From assembly GCF_009914755.1 (NCBI RefSeq), contig NC_060945.1: a DNA stretch of 64,000 nt. One strand, written 5' to 3'. The notes below the pieces were generated by a model, which saw only the letters and a list, made by a program, of their open reading frames with translations, was not told the DNA's origin and did no database searches. This document shows, in pieces, positions 1-15,286 of the stretch. The stretch is from the human T2T-CHM13v2.0 reference genome, Homo sapiens. Both the position numbers and the translations under genes were made by a program. Numbering within the stretch: position 1 is the first letter of the stretch; each line of letters begins with the position of its first letter.

Positions 1-1347
1 TCTTTATTTCATCGCTTTCTCAGTTCTAACGTGCTTTTTGTTATGTATATATATTTAATTTACCCATTCATCATTTTCTTTTCTGGGCTTGAAATTGTTA
101 AACAGGAACTCAAAAATATTTGATGTGACCTATATCAACTGATAGTTAACACTGGGTTATATACATTTTCTCTTGAAATACAACTGAATAAAGAAAATTC
201 CACAACACATATGAAGAAGTATTGAGGTTCTAAAGAAGAAAATCATTCTGTGGATCTTGAAAAAGTGAACAAATTAAAAGCATTATTACACAATTAATTA
301 TCTGCCAATAATAACAGAACATATAGAATATTTCTATGTAAACAATATGACGAAGGAAAAGGAAAATATATAAATGGTATGATGAACATTGGATCTCTAA
401 ATTTGTATAAGAGAAATAAGAAGAAGCAGTATGAAGTTATAAAAGATTTCAAATAGAAAAAATCGTATGAGTCTTGTAAAATTAATGATGGTAACAGTGA
501 AAGCACATTAGATAGAGAAGGAAATAAATTCCATTTAGTACAATTTCCACAAATTTCCTGAGAATGTAAATATAAATAAGTGAAATAAAATATGAATAGT
601 GGTTGATTGTTACTGAAGGAACAACATATGTATTTAATATACATCATCTCTATACTACATGACTGAAAGTTGTGAATGGAAATGTCTAATGCTAGAATGT
701 CTCCTAGAGGTTCAAGTGTCAGAATTTGGTTAGATCTTTACTGAACAGTCCACTGTCCTCGTATCTATGTATATTCTGGTTAACCTGGAAAGTGGCAATA
801 ATTGGTTTATTTCATTCACATATGCTGAAAGAAAGGGTTATCCTATTGATGTTAACACCAACTAATCTACAAAGAAAGAGAACAAGATAAACAAGAACAA
901 AATTCAAACTCCTCAAATAAATACTTACTAAATGTTATTACAAATAATTGACTATACATTTAGGGAAAAATTTTTACTATGATTTGCTTAATTTTTTGTC
1001 CCTTTTGTTTGACATTTATATTATGTACTTTTGAGTAAATTATATGAGTAATTGTTATTCTTATATTTTTAATGAAAAGTCAAATTATAGTTTTCAAACT
1101 ATATCAGACATAAATATGTTGAATTTTCATAAATCCATTATTTTTTAAGACATGGACATTTACATTTATTTCTATAGAAATATTTTTCCTTTTTTAGTAT
1201 GTGATTCAACTGTCACTTAACCTCTCTGTCTCCTAGGGACTCCCACTGCTTTGCTGGTTGCTTTACTTCTCAGCCTCCATAACATCATGGACACATGTCA
1301 TTTTTATCTACCATATATTTATTAATAAGTTATCTACTTATGTCTAA

Positions 1348-1564
<217 letters not shown>

Positions 1565-3587
1565 TGATCCATCACAGTACATCTAGTGACTGTTAAAAAT
1601 TTGTTTAATGAGTAGGTGTTATCTTCAGAGTGAGGATGAAGGGAAGTATTTAGTTTAAAGCGACTTTTACATCAAAACATTTCAATTACAGCTATAATAA
1701 TTACAAATTGCGAAATCTTAGGGAAAATACATTATGTTTTTCCTCACTTGCAGACTCTGATAATTATGTTTTCTATGGTATGCTCTTTTGGATGTTTACT
1801 TTCTTCGCTGTACTAAATATTCGGGGAAGAAAAATCTTTGTTTATTCCCAAGTGTTAATCTTTTGGGGGCTACCCGATTGTGTTACTTCCATTTCCCTTG
1901 CAAGAGATTGACTTAGAATGGAACATGAGATCTCCTCCTGGCAATTAAGGTGCTGGTGGAAATCTGTGAAGAAGGAACTCTGATTTCTATGAACATTTTC
2001 GAAGTCTCTGTATGTGGAGTGTAGAAATGGGTTGCCTAGAACTACTGTAGTCATCTTTGGACGATGCAGTGAGGTAGCTGGCATGCAAACCGTTAAACAC
2101 CATCTTGTTTGAGTAATAAACTGACAGACTATGTTTGCAGTTGGAGTGAATTCTAATTGAATGTTATTATATATTATCTCACACTTTAATTTTTCACTCT
2201 TGATTTTTATTTTTCAGCATCTATACTCATATAATGCGGTGTCTAAGCACACATTTTTTAAAATGTATTATGTTTTCTACCTTCTTTACATATTAATGAC
2301 AAATATTTTGTTTGTATTTCTAGTATGTATTGCTTTAACTTTTTGCTCCCCTCACCCTTTTCTCTCTGTCTCTCTCTCAGGTAACATTAAGCTCTTCTTA
2401 GGAAGCATTCTTTTACATCCAATTACTATCTTAAAAAATAACATACTATACTCTTAGTCTTGCTCCTAGTTCTGTTTTTTTCTGTATCTATCTTCATGGA
2501 AACATACTAGCAGAGGGGCTAGACAATGCTGGAGAGATTGATTTGAGGTTATTGGCCAATGATCAGTTTCCAGATAAAAAATGCAAACATACTATTTACC
2601 AAGCTATGGGAAACCTGCAAAAAGGAAAAGAGAAGTCCTCTGATCACTCAGAAATTAGAGTAATGTGTGGAGTTTATCTTTTGGGGCCGTAATTTCTGTG
2701 TGAAGACTGGCTGACTTAAAGGGCCAGGAGTGGGGTGGGCACCAACTAAATCAATTCATTTTGTGAAGATTGTGGAATGTGCATTTACCACTATCACCGT
2801 AAATTACTTTTAACAGCATTTGTTTCACCTTACATTACACTTAAGTTATCAATAAATTCCCTCTTCAGGCAATGCTTAGAATTCAAGTATAGTTTTTTCT
2901 TGCCAAAATTTATCTAACTAAATGTTTATTCCTAAATAGATTAGTAACAAATAAAAATAAATCAGATAAATAAACTGGACAGTAAGATGTTGAAAGATGA
3001 ATTGAAAGGTTAATTTTTTGTAGAGTTCTCCTAAAATCTCACTTACAAGAGCTGAAGGAATAAAAAGCAGTCTTCTAATAGCAAAAGCAATTTTATTGTC
3101 CTGAGTACCTGCCAAGGACAAAAATGTGTTTCTTGTTTTATTAACATTTGCTTTACAACTACAAAGCAATTGGGATCATAAGCAATACATCTCCCCCTTC
3201 TGGTGAGGTGAGTTTTGCTGTGGGTAAGTCAAAGAAAAGCAAGTCTCATTTTTGTAATTTTCAGGAAGATTGATCCATAAAACTAGGAGTGAGAAGCAAG
3301 AAAATATTGACTGAGACCTGATATCCAGTAAAGCTATGTGGCACAGCCTTGCAGACTCTCGTGGCATATTGAAAAATAGCTCACCTTCTTGGAATTTTTT
3401 TTTTTTTTTCCAAAACGTGAAGAGTCACTATATTTGCATTCATCGATCAGCCACACAGCCATCATAATGCAAGTGTTTTGTCATCTTGAATATAATGTAC
3501 TGGAAGGAAATGAGACAAGGGTAAATGACTTTAATGGTTTTCAACCTTTCACAGGACAGTCTTTACTATCATGGCTACTAGTTTGAC

Positions 3588-3868
3588 AATTTCTATTTAG
3601 TCATAACAAAAATGGGATTGTATGTGAAATGTGTTTTTCCATTAATCAATACTACTCAAGCCCTGCTCTTATTTATTATACCAAAAAGTAACTTAAAATT
3701 TTAACATATCACTCTTTCTACTTGCTTGATAAATTTCTATTTAGTCATAGCAAAAATGAGATTGTATGTGAAATGTGTTTTTTCATTATACGATACTTCT
3801 CATACCCTGCTCTTGTTTATTATAGTAAAATGTAACTTAAAATCTTAAAATATCACTCTTTCTACTTG
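3588..3868. repeat. Tandem duplication, 144-bp period, 2 copies
   Basis: aatttctatttagtcata...tcactctttctacttg at 3588-3724 and 3732-3868; about 15 mismatches in 137 aligned bases. Confidence 0.95.
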
Positions 3869-6836
3869 TTATAAAAATAAACATCACATCATACTCATCC
3901 TCTGAAATGTCTTTTACATGTGTCCCTTTCTGTCTAGTCTTGCTGATACTGTATTGGCCTGCACCATTGAATTCATTCTGAGGCCGACTGGAGCACAGGC
4001 TTTCCAATGATCCCTTCATAATTGGCTTTTGACTTACCCACTAACTGATTTTTCCTGAAATTTAGGATTTCTTATTGTGTCACTCTGCAGCTTTAAAATA
4101 TTAATTGACTCTATATAGTAAATATTGCTGAGGTTTGTAATTCTGCCTTTCAAAGCCTTGATAGTTTTTATCACTGTGCTGACTCAATTGTATCACTCCC
4201 TAATTTTCTGACTTGCAGTTTTAAGTTACAAACAACTCATTTTAGAGGAAGTAACTCTTGTACACATAAACCACCATAGTTTTTCATATTCTCATGACTT
4301 CATTTGATTTCCTGTCTCTTAAAATCCTCCTGTCTTTACTCTTCTTCCAGTCCCCACATCAGTTAAGGATGAACTGAAAGTCAAGCTTTCTTAGGAATCA
4401 TGCTTTGGAATCTCTTCTGTAAAGCCTCAATAGTGTCTTCTTTCAGCATTGCTCATAGGAGCATAAAGCTCTATTCAGTGGAATGGTTTATTGCATGTGT
4501 ATTGCTTCCCAGTGGGGTCGTGTGTACAAAAGCCAAGACTGTAGAGTCAGTGTGAGAGAGGACAGGGTACATACATTTCCTCAAGCTTCATGAGGGCAGG
4601 GAAATTATATACACATCTTTATTCCCTTCATAGAATTAATGCCAGTAAGGAAACGTATTTTGGGTTGTTTTTATTTGTTTGAAGTAGTGGGATATTTTGG
4701 ACAAATGCAATTTAAAGAAGATTATGGCAGGAATAAAGCATGTTGACTTTAAGCTGTAACTACTCATTGTTTGTCTGTGCAGTACCTAATGTCATGACTC
4801 ACATCCCCTCCTCAAGGACTACAGTTTCGTTTACAGCCTAGTGTGACTGCAATGAAATTCAGTCTATGTCAGCGAACCTGTCAAATTCAACATCATGTCC
4901 TGTCATTGTCTCCAGAGCAATGAGGTGTTACTGTGATTGATCTGCATAGTTGCCAAATACTTGACATCATTCAGCTATGCCCTGAGCTTTGAATGAGTTC
5001 ATGGTTATCAAACAACATATATGTATATATATGAAACTATTTAACTGGAAAGTCTTGTGGCATTAATATTACTAAATCCATTGTGATTTGTGCCAAATGT
5101 GTTTAAAAAGTGTAATCTGTGATATTGAATGGGATATTTGGGCTTTAAGTTATATTTCAAAATTTTGTATAGCTACAGTGTACTAACTCATCTTTAGGAA
5201 ACAAAGTTCTATTTTCACTGCCCTATGATAAAACTTTTAAAATTTCATTTCAAATTGTTAAAAAGTGGCAATTATAAAAGCATAAAAGGTTTTACAGAAT
5301 AATGTGTAATATTAATATTTCTACATACAAATGACTTTTTGGAACATTTTACTCATTCCTAGCTCAAATGCATGAATGATTTTTTGTGAAAAAATTAAAG
5401 TCTTGTATTAAAAGAAGCTAGTTTTACTCATTTCATTGTCATTATGTCTAAGGAGAAATAATAATTATTTAAAATAATTTAATTAATTTTTTGTATCACA
5501 TTTCCTCAAATTTCTGATTTTGTTATTCTACAACAAACCAGTATTTTATGCATCATGAATGAAGGAAACATAGATACTTCCAATAGGATCATGATATAAT
5601 TTTTTATAATAATTTAATAGTTGCACATTTGGTGAAAAATCCATTTCACTCTTAGAGACTTATAAAATTACATATTACTCTTGAGATGACTAAGAAAGAT
5701 GTGATGAATGAAGTTATTCAGTTAATGTATTTCTAAAAATCTTTCTGTTGATAATTAAATTCTCCTGAATCAATTTTTGATTGAGTTGTTGATATTTATA
5801 TTTTTATATACTATTATCTTAAGATATCTTACATTTTAAGAATCAAAATTCTTAAGAGGGCTTAATTACTGACTCTGAGGTTTCTTAATATTGTGACACC
5901 TATTTTGCAAGTTTATGTGTATTCAAGCAGACAATATCAATTACATAATGCCTATCAACAGCCACTAAGTGATTGTAAGGTCAATTCTGATTTCATGTAT
6001 ATTGAAATGTGAGAAAAACGTGTAGCCTTAAAGGATGAAATAAAATGTAATAGTGTTTTCCTTCCATTTACGAACAAATTTAATGTAAATAATTTAATTT
6101 CAGACAATATTTTGTAAAAATACATTTGTTGAAAAATTGTTTTGGCATTCTTCCCGAATATAACTTTGTCACTGTTTTCTTTTTCAGCCTTCGCTGCAGA
6201 GGCAGCTTATTCTTATCAAATACCCCTTAGGTTTTTGTGTAGATGTATTTTACTTAATTTATCTCTTATAATTAACTTGGGGTCACGTGGCTAAGTTCTT
6301 GCTAAAAGACTGTGAGCAAAGGGAAGGCATATACCTCTGGGTTAAGGCTGTTAAGATCCAGTGTGCCTCCTACTTCCTTCCCTTTCAATCTCGTGGAGAC
6401 CTTGGAATCTACACATGGGAAGACAGTAATACAAAGTGTGTAGCCTGGATTCTTCAAGTGCGTGATGCTTGATAAGCTTACCTCGGTAAACAGCTTATTT
6501 TTCAAAAGCACTGATTTTGGCATTTTTCTCTGTTTATGCTGATCTAGGTAATGACGCTGATGGCAAATTTCTATATAAGTTGGGTCCTATAGTTTATAAA
6601 CTGTGAAATTTATCATCATTGAAATATGAGATTTTGGAATTGAACAAAATAATCTCCTTCTGGTAAATACTTAACATATTTGTGAGCTGAGATAATTTTA
6701 ATTTTGAAGGAAAAGAAATTACCACCAGTTACATAGATGATATTGGGAACCAAGAATGGTTACTCTCCCTGCTGCTGCTATGTAAGCCATACCTTCTGAT
6801 TCTGCTTCTAAGTCAACAAGTAAAAAACATAAAATA

Positions 6837-7184
<348 letters not shown>

Positions 7185-7592
7185 TTAAATATGAAACGTT
7201 ACACTTTGGATAGGTTAGAAGCATCCAAATATATATGACAAATATATTTTGTTTATTATAAGCCCCAAAAGGCTAACAGATAAAGAGTTTAACGGAACAG
7301 TACATCATTCCATTTGGTTACTTAAAAGATATAAGTCTTATTTTTCCTTTCTTATAATAACTTCACAATTGATGGCATTACAGGCAAAAATTTTTTTTAA
7401 AGAAGTGTAATACAGTCTCACCAGCAGGTTGTCCCTTGCCTCTAGCCTTTCTGTTCTTGCCTCAGTTTGCCTTCTTTGTGTGAAGCCTGAGAGTATGAAC
7501 AGGTGAATGTCATCCTATGCCAAGGGTTGAGTTGCAGCTCTTAAATCATTCCCTCATATTGAATAAAAAATAAATACACACCTGTCAGATAT

Positions 7593-7619
7593 ACACATAC
7601 ACAAACACACACACACACA
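7593..7619. repeat. Imperfect (CA)n microsatellite
   Basis: acacatacacaaacacacacacacaca. Confidence 0.75.
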
Positions 7620-9666
7620 AAGCTTAAGTGGACGTACAGATTTTAATTGTATCCTCCATGGATTATTTAGGGGACACCTGCATAATTTGAATATTTAGGC
7701 CACTTTTAGATGATGCTAATACTTTGAAACTGCTTATCATTCACTTTAAGGACTGTTGTCCATGAGACTTAAAGCATTTAAAACTTTAAATTTATGTCAT
7801 TGAGCCACTTACAGCACATAGACCATTTATTATAGATTTAATTCACTTTTTGGGAAATTTTGTGATTAATCTGAAATGATAATAAGTTTACAACAGACTT
7901 AGAGTGTGATTTATGAAATATTTCTTTCAATATCAACTTTGCTGCATTTTATCAAAAAACATTTGGTCTGGAAGCAATTAAAAATGTAAATGATTATTAT
8001 AGGCACATAGTGCAGTACTCACTTAAAGAAGGTTACACTTTAGGGCCATTTCTGACTTTTCTTAAGTAAAATAATTTTGCACTTAAAAAACTAAAATCAA
8101 ATTACCAAGCAGTGTTGGTCGCCATTAATTTTATAGTGTAAAGATTAATTCTCTTTTATTTTATGATTTGTAAGGTGTAATATTAGGAATAAATTGCAAT
8201 TGCTAATTCGATCTTAGGTTAAATAAAAAGAAAATGGCTTTTTCATGGTGTTCAAGACGAAGCATAAGGTATAGAGAAAAGTGTCACTGAAGATTTCGTA
8301 CTTTTAAGAAATCGTGTAATTTTCATCGGAATCATCAAGCATCACATTACAAATGACATTTAGCTATCTAGATCAGCTTATAAAATCTTTACTAAAGGAA
8401 ATTTTGAGATCATTTCGGATAATGTGAAATAAATTATAAATTGAGCTGACAATTTCATTAAAGAGATTGAAAATTTTATATATTTGTTTAATTTTCCATA
8501 TAATGGCCTTCACTTTTTACACAATAGCTTAGGAATTTAAACAATTTTTAAAGACACCCTATAGTTTGTGAAAATATTTTTAGAACCACTGAACTTCAAG
8601 AAATTGTTTTGATGTAATCTCCCACTGTGAGAGCAAAATTCTGTAGCCATATAAACACTGGTATCATAAACAAAAACATTATTATCTTATTGATTAATGA
8701 ACCTATTAATTTATTCATTTGTTTATTGAGTAAGTACTTTCTATTGTCCACATGACTCAGTACTCAGTTATAAAATCATATCACGTGCATGTCTACTTCT
8801 TTCTTATACTGCTGAAATACTTAAAAAATGATATCTTGAAAGCAGATTTTTAAATGATGTCTACTTCCCCTACATTACTGGTAAGAAGTTGAAAATTAAC
8901 AGAATGCTGCCACGTGATTTCATTTCAACATCCTAGATCTGGGTGCTATTCTTAAATATTTGTCAATTCCAAAAAACTAAGTTTTACATGTCTTTCCAAT
9001 CACCCAGCTTACACCTAAATTCCCTTCTGTCAAGTATAACCCAGCTATTTTGTAATCCTTTTTTTGTGCTCAAATCTGCTCATTTTTTTCTAAATTCTTT
9101 ATTTTTGTTTCCACCATTCCAGCAGTCATTTTAACCTCAGTCCCACACTGAGCTTAGATTTCTAACTGTAGTTTGTCTGCTTAGTCTCTCTCATACTTAT
9201 TTCTTTGATTTATTGTTGATTCTGAGTGCTTCATGTAACTAGTAAAACTTTATATAGCATTTTTATTATTACAAAAATCCATCTATGTTAATTATAGAAA
9301 GCTTAGCATATACAGGTGAGACAGTATAAAAATTATCTATCACCTTTGCACTATGTATTCAAGTATTGCTAAACATTTTCTCCACCTCTTGTTCTTTTCA
9401 TCCATAAATCTACCTCGCTTCTAAATAATCGTATAAAACATTGTAGCATACATTTATATGAGCCTTGTGATTTAATCTAAGTATAAAAATTTATGTTTTA
9501 TTCAATTTTATGAATATTTATGCTGTAGTTATTTAGTCCTAGTTTTGGGCACTTAGATGACTTCCAAATGTTGAATTTACTAAAAACATGAAGCAATGAC
9601 AAATGTGCATTTTTATGATTTCCTTCTGATTAAGAGTTAGAAGGATTCTGTATTAAAAGATAGGAA

Positions 9667-10815
9667 CAGTTTTCCTGCATATGGCTAGCCAGTTTTCCCA
9701 ACATCATTTATTAAATAGGGAATCCTTTCCCCATTGCTTCTTTTTGTCAGATTTGTCAAAGATCAGATGATTGTAGATGTATGGTGTTATTTCTGAGGCC
9801 TCTGTTCTGTTCCATTGGTCTGTATGTCTGTTTTGGTACCAGTACCATGCTGTTTTGGTTACTGTAGCCTTGTAGTGTAGTTTGAAGTCAGGTAGTGTGA
9901 TGCCACCAGCTTTGCTGTTTTGCTTAGGATTGTCTTGGCTATACAGGCTTTTTTTTTTTTTTTGGTTCCATATAAAATTTAAAGTAGTTTTTTGTAATTA
10001 TATGAAGAAAGTCAATGGTAGCTTGATGGGAATAACATTGAATCTATAAACTACTTTGGGCAATATGACCATTTTCACAATATTTATTCTTCCTATTGGT
10101 GAGCATGAAATGTTTTTTTCATTTTTTTGTGTCTCTTATTTCCTTGAGCAGTGGTTTCTTGAAGAAGTCCTTCATATGCCTTGTAAGTTGTATTCCTAGG
10201 CATTTTATTCTCTTTGTAACAATTGTGAATGGGAGTGCACTCATGATTTGGCTCTCTGTCTATTATTGGTGTATAGGAATGCTTGTGATTTTTACACATT
10301 GATTTTGTATCCTGAGATTTTGTTGAAGTTGCCTTATCAGCTAAAGGAGATTTTGGGCTGAGACGATGGGGTTTTCTAAATATACAACCTTGTCATCTGT
10401 AAACAGAGACATTTTTACTTCCTCTTTTCCTATTTGAATACCTTCCTCTTGCATGATTGCCCTGGCCAGAACTTCCAATACTGTGTTGAATAGAAGTGGT
10501 AAGAGAGGGCATCCTTGTCTTGTGCTGGTTTTCAAAGGGAATGCTTCCAGCTTTTGTCCATTGAGTATGATATTGGCTGTGGGTTTGCCATAAATAGCTC
10601 TTATTATTTTGAGATATGTTCCATCAATACCTAGTTAATTAAGAGTTTTTGGCATGAAGGGGTGTTGAATTTTATCAAAGGCCTTTTCTGCATCTATTGA
10701 GATAATCATGTGATTTCTGTCATTGGTTCTGTTTATGTGATGGATTATGTTTATTGATTTGTGTATGCTGAACCAGCCTTGCATCCCAGGATGAAGCTGA
10801 CTTGATCATGGTGGA
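9667..10815 (-). mobile_element. L1PA7-like LINE-1, inverted 5' segment (ORF2 RT region) of a twin-primed insertion
   Basis: Antisense L1 ORF2 (cagttttcctgcatatggctagccagttttccc...cttgatcatggtgga). ORF 10341..10535 (-) encodes [23 protein letters not shown], a LINE-1 RT motif. Left TSD aaaagataggaaca at 9655-9668. Confidence 0.93.
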
Positions 10816-12012
10816 CCCCTCCCTTACAACTTATACAAAAATTAACTCAAGATGAATTAAAGATTTAAACGTAAGACCTAAAACCATAAAATCCCTAGAC
10901 GAAAACCCAGGCAATACCATTCAGGACATAGGCATGGGCAAAGACTTCATGACTAAAACAACAAAAGCAATGGCAACAAAAGCAAACATTGACAAATGGG
11001 ATCAAATTAAACTAAAGAGCTCCTCCATAGCAAAAGAAACTATCATCAGAGTGAACAGGCAGCCTACAGAATGGGAGAACATTTTTGCAATCTATCCATC
11101 TGACAAAGGGCTAATATCAAGAATCTACAAAGAACTTAAACAAATTTACAGGAAACAAACAAACAACCCCATTAAAAAGAGGGTGAAGGATATGAACAGA
11201 CACTTCTCAAAAGAAGACATTTATGTGGCCAAAAAACATATGAAAAAAAAGCTCATCATCACTGGTCATTAGAGAAATGCCAATCAAAACCACAATGAGC
11301 TATCATCTCACACCAGTTAGAATGGCGATCATTAAAAAGTCAGGAAACAACAGATGCTGGAGAGTATGTGGACAAATAGGAACACTTTTACACTGTTGGT
11401 GGGAGTGTAAATTAGTTCAACCCTTCTGTAAGATATTGTGTTGATTCCTCAAAGAGCTAGAACCAGAAATATCATTTGACCCAGCAATCCCATTACTGGG
11501 TATATACCCAAAGGATTATAAATCATTCTACTATAAAGACACATGCACACATATGTTTAATGCAGCACTATTCACAATAGCAAAGACTTGGGACCAACTC
11601 AAATGCCCATCAATGATAGACTGGATATAGAAAATGTGGCACATATATGCCATGGAATACTATGCAGCCTTAAAAAAGGATGAGTTTATGTCCATTGCAG
11701 AGACATGGATGAAGCCGGAAACCTTCATTCTCTGCAAAATAACACAGGAACACAAAAGCAAACACCGCATGTTCTCACTCATAAGTGGGAGTTGAACAAT
11801 GAGAAAACATGGACAGAGGGAGGGGAACATCACACATCAGGGCCTGTTGGGTGGTGAGCAGCTAGGGGAAGGATAGCATTAGGAGAAACACCTAATGTAG
11901 ATGACAGGTTGATGGGTGCAGCAAACCACGATGGCATGTGTATACCTATGTAACAAACCTGCACGTTCAACACATGTATCCTAGAACTTAAAGTATAATT
12001 TAAAAAAAAAAA
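10812..12012 (+). mobile_element. L1PA7-like LINE-1, sense 3' segment (ORF2 C-terminus, 3'UTR, poly(A))
   Basis: ORF 10934..11272 MGKDFMTK...IDKWD...RQPTEWE is the L1 ORF2 C-terminal region. 3'UTR ggatagcattaggagaaacacctaatgtagatgac...gaacttaaagtataat, then A-tail. Right TSD aaaagatgtgaaca at 12009-12022. Confidence 0.95.
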
Positions 12013-12646
12013 GATGTGAACATTTTTGAGAAATTTTTAAACTGCAATTTAACATATGTTTGATATTTGAAAACATAAAAACAAAATAGAGACAGGAAAG
12101 TCCAATGAGGGTGAAAATTACCCAGTCACACTTCGCTAGCATAACTACTTTTAACTTTCCTTCTTACGTGTTTTCGGTAATATCTGTATCTAAAACTATA
12201 CCTTTATGCCTATATACATCTGTAAGAAAGGAAAAAAGAGAATAAAAAAACTCTATCCATGTAGGTATATTTAGATATAGCTTATATATATACATATAAA
12301 TATATACTTCTATACCTATATCTATTTACCTGTGTCAGTATCTACTTATAGGTACATAAATATATTTCTAAACCTATTTATATATGTACATCTATATGGG
12401 TATATAGAGCTTTTTTTCTGTTTGTCTTTCCTCACATCAATCAGGATTTTCCTAATAGTTTTTATATTACTGCTTCAGGTGATATCTTTTAACATTAAAA
12501 TTACTGATTTAGATTTTTCTACAATACTGTATTTTTACTAATTCAAATGTAGATTTTAAGGTGTCATTACTTTAATTTTCATTTGATTTCAACAAGTATG
12601 AATTTGACTACGTTTACTTCCCATTCTATTCAGTTTTATTGCATAC

Positions 12647-12958
12647 TTTTTTTTTTTTTTTTTTTTTTTTTTTAGACAGGGTCTGCCTTTGTCACCTAGG
12701 CAGGAGTTCAGCAGTGCCATCATTGCTCGCTGCTGCAGCCTTAACCTCTCGAGCTCAAGCTGTCCTCCCACCTCAGCCTCCTGAGTACCTGCAACTACAG
12801 GCATGTGCCACCATGGCCAGCATTTTTGCATTTTTTTGTAGATATGGGGGTCTCATTATGTTTCCCCGGCTGGTCTCCAACTCCTGAGCTCAAGCAATCT
12901 GCCTGCCGCGACCTCCCAAAGTCCTGGGACTACAGGCATGAGCTACCAGATCCGGACC
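12647..12958 (-). mobile_element. AluJ-type element
   Basis: T27 tract, then agacagggtct...gagctcaagc..tcctcccacctcagcctcc...ctcctgagctcaagcaatc (AluJ-type), strongly diverged. Confidence 0.9.
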
Positions 12959-13900
12959 ATACATTGTCTTTTAATGTTGTCTATCCTCTTATATTAGTTT
13001 TATGCTGTTACTCTGAAAATGTTATGTTTTAATTTTTAGTTCAATTGTATTTATATATATATATAAAACCGTCATACATATGCTTTGAGAATATGCATTA
13101 TATATAATATGTAATATGCATTGAGAAGTTTTTTAAATTTTCCGATATTTTATCTTTATTTGCCAGCAAGATTTATTATTAAAAATGTAATTATAGCAAC
13201 ATTTATGTCATTTCTCTACATGTTCAGCATTCTTTTCATCTATTATAAGGAAATAATAAATGCTTGATATGGAATGTTTTATACATAAAATATACAAAGT
13301 AATGCTATATTGAGCATCAATTTACCTGTGACTCAACTAAAGAAGGAAAATAGATAATTTTAAGTCAAGTCAATATTTTGTTGTTGGTAGACCTTTTCAA
13401 TGAGAGTCCTATTTGAACTATTCTTATCTCCCACTCTTCTTTGCAGTAATATTCCCTAAGTAACAGACTTTACTCATTTTTGACTGAGTTGTGATTTTTA
13501 AAGAATATATGTTTCAAAAGATCAAATGTGAATTTCTCTTTTACCTTCTCTCTTACCACTTAGTCTATTGACACAGTCTCCTAGATCTGCAACTGCTGTG
13601 TTTACGTACAGATTAAGCCCAACATTAGTTAAAATTCCGTTCTATGCTTAGTATTCATCTAATGCACAGATGTTTGTCTTCCCTCTCAGTAAAATATATT
13701 TCTCATACAACACTCTTTATTAGTCTTTCTTATTTATCTAGTTGTTTGTTTCTGAGGGTTTTGTATCTAAATAATTTTGGAATGATAATGGTTGTGGAAT
13801 AATTTTCCCATGTTCTCTGACAGTTTCAGAAAGCAGTAACTGCATAGCAGAGGGCAGAGGGATAGAGCTCCAACTTAGTATTAGAAGTTCATAGGCTTGA

Positions 13901-14304
<404 letters not shown>

Positions 14305-14703
14305 CTATTAAATCTAGTTTAATAGCTCTTTCTGCCTTTGAAGGAAAGTTGGGAAATGTTGCTATAAAGGCATTTTTTTGTATCTAAATGAATTTTCCAA
14401 TGCTGTCGTATTGCTGAGAAATTTTGTGTACACAAAAATTTTAAGTAGGAAATTTTTTTTTCAAAAACTAAAGTGATGAAATATACAATAGTATCCTTTT
14501 TAGATATCACTCAGCCCCACAACCACTTGTGAGTATAAAACCTTGACTGCGTTAATATGCCCCACAATATCTGAACAATGTCATCTCTGAAATTGAACTG
14601 TTGATGCATTGTGATCCATTTACTGCAATATATGGCAATAGCCTTTTGATCCAATATTTGGAATACATTAATTTCCAATATACAAAAAATAGAAATATAC
14701 AAT

Positions 14704-14883
14704 TATATACAAATATATAAAAATATACAAATATATGCACAAAAAATATACAAATATATACACAAAACATATGCTATATACAAATGTATACAAATATATA
14801 CACAAAAATATATACAAATACACAAAAATATACAAATATATAAATATACATATATATCAAAATATATACACAAAAATATGCAA
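14704..14883. repeat. AT-rich minisatellite block, inverted copy of 15807-15985
   Basis: The reverse complement matches 15807-15985 almost base for base, including the distinctive cacaaaacatatgctatatacaaatgtatac. Confidence 0.92.
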
Positions 14884-15109
14884 TAATTTGGAAATAATTG
14901 GGCCTATTTCTCTTTGTCTTTATACTGTGCCAAGAGATGCTAATGTCTTAAACTCAGCCTTTTGACAGTGATAATTTAATTTTTAAAGTGTTGCTTTCAA
15001 AATCTCCCACCACACTAATTTTGGCCATATCAAATTAAAAACCATCAGACTAGTTTATATTAACAATTCCTAACATTTATATCAATCTGACTATCCAACA
15101 GTCAATATC

Positions 15110-15280
15110 ATAACACTTTTACATACATTAAGTAGTTTAAGCTCTTTGAACACCTGTCAAGTTTGGAACTAGTATGGTCTCCAATTTATTTATAAGACAC
15201 TGAAACACCAAGAAGTCAAATGACCTACCTCATGTCAACAAACCACCAAGTGGCAATACCCAAATCAGAAGCCTGCTTCC
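15110..15280 (-). mobile_element. MIR-like SINE relic
   Basis: ...ccaatttatttataagacactgaaacacaagaagtcaaatgacctacctcatgtcaac...aagtggca resembles the antisense MIR core. Confidence 0.55.
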
Positions 15281-15286
15281 AGGTCC

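Noticed and set aside
100-650. A-rich stretch resembling a decayed transposon coding region
   Set aside because: No family-diagnostic motif could be recognised without an HMM search.
3195-3235. Two strong splice-donor-like motifs (GAG/GTGAGT, GGG/GTAAGT)
   Set aside because: I could not pair them with a convincing acceptor or coding frame; such motifs are frequent by chance.
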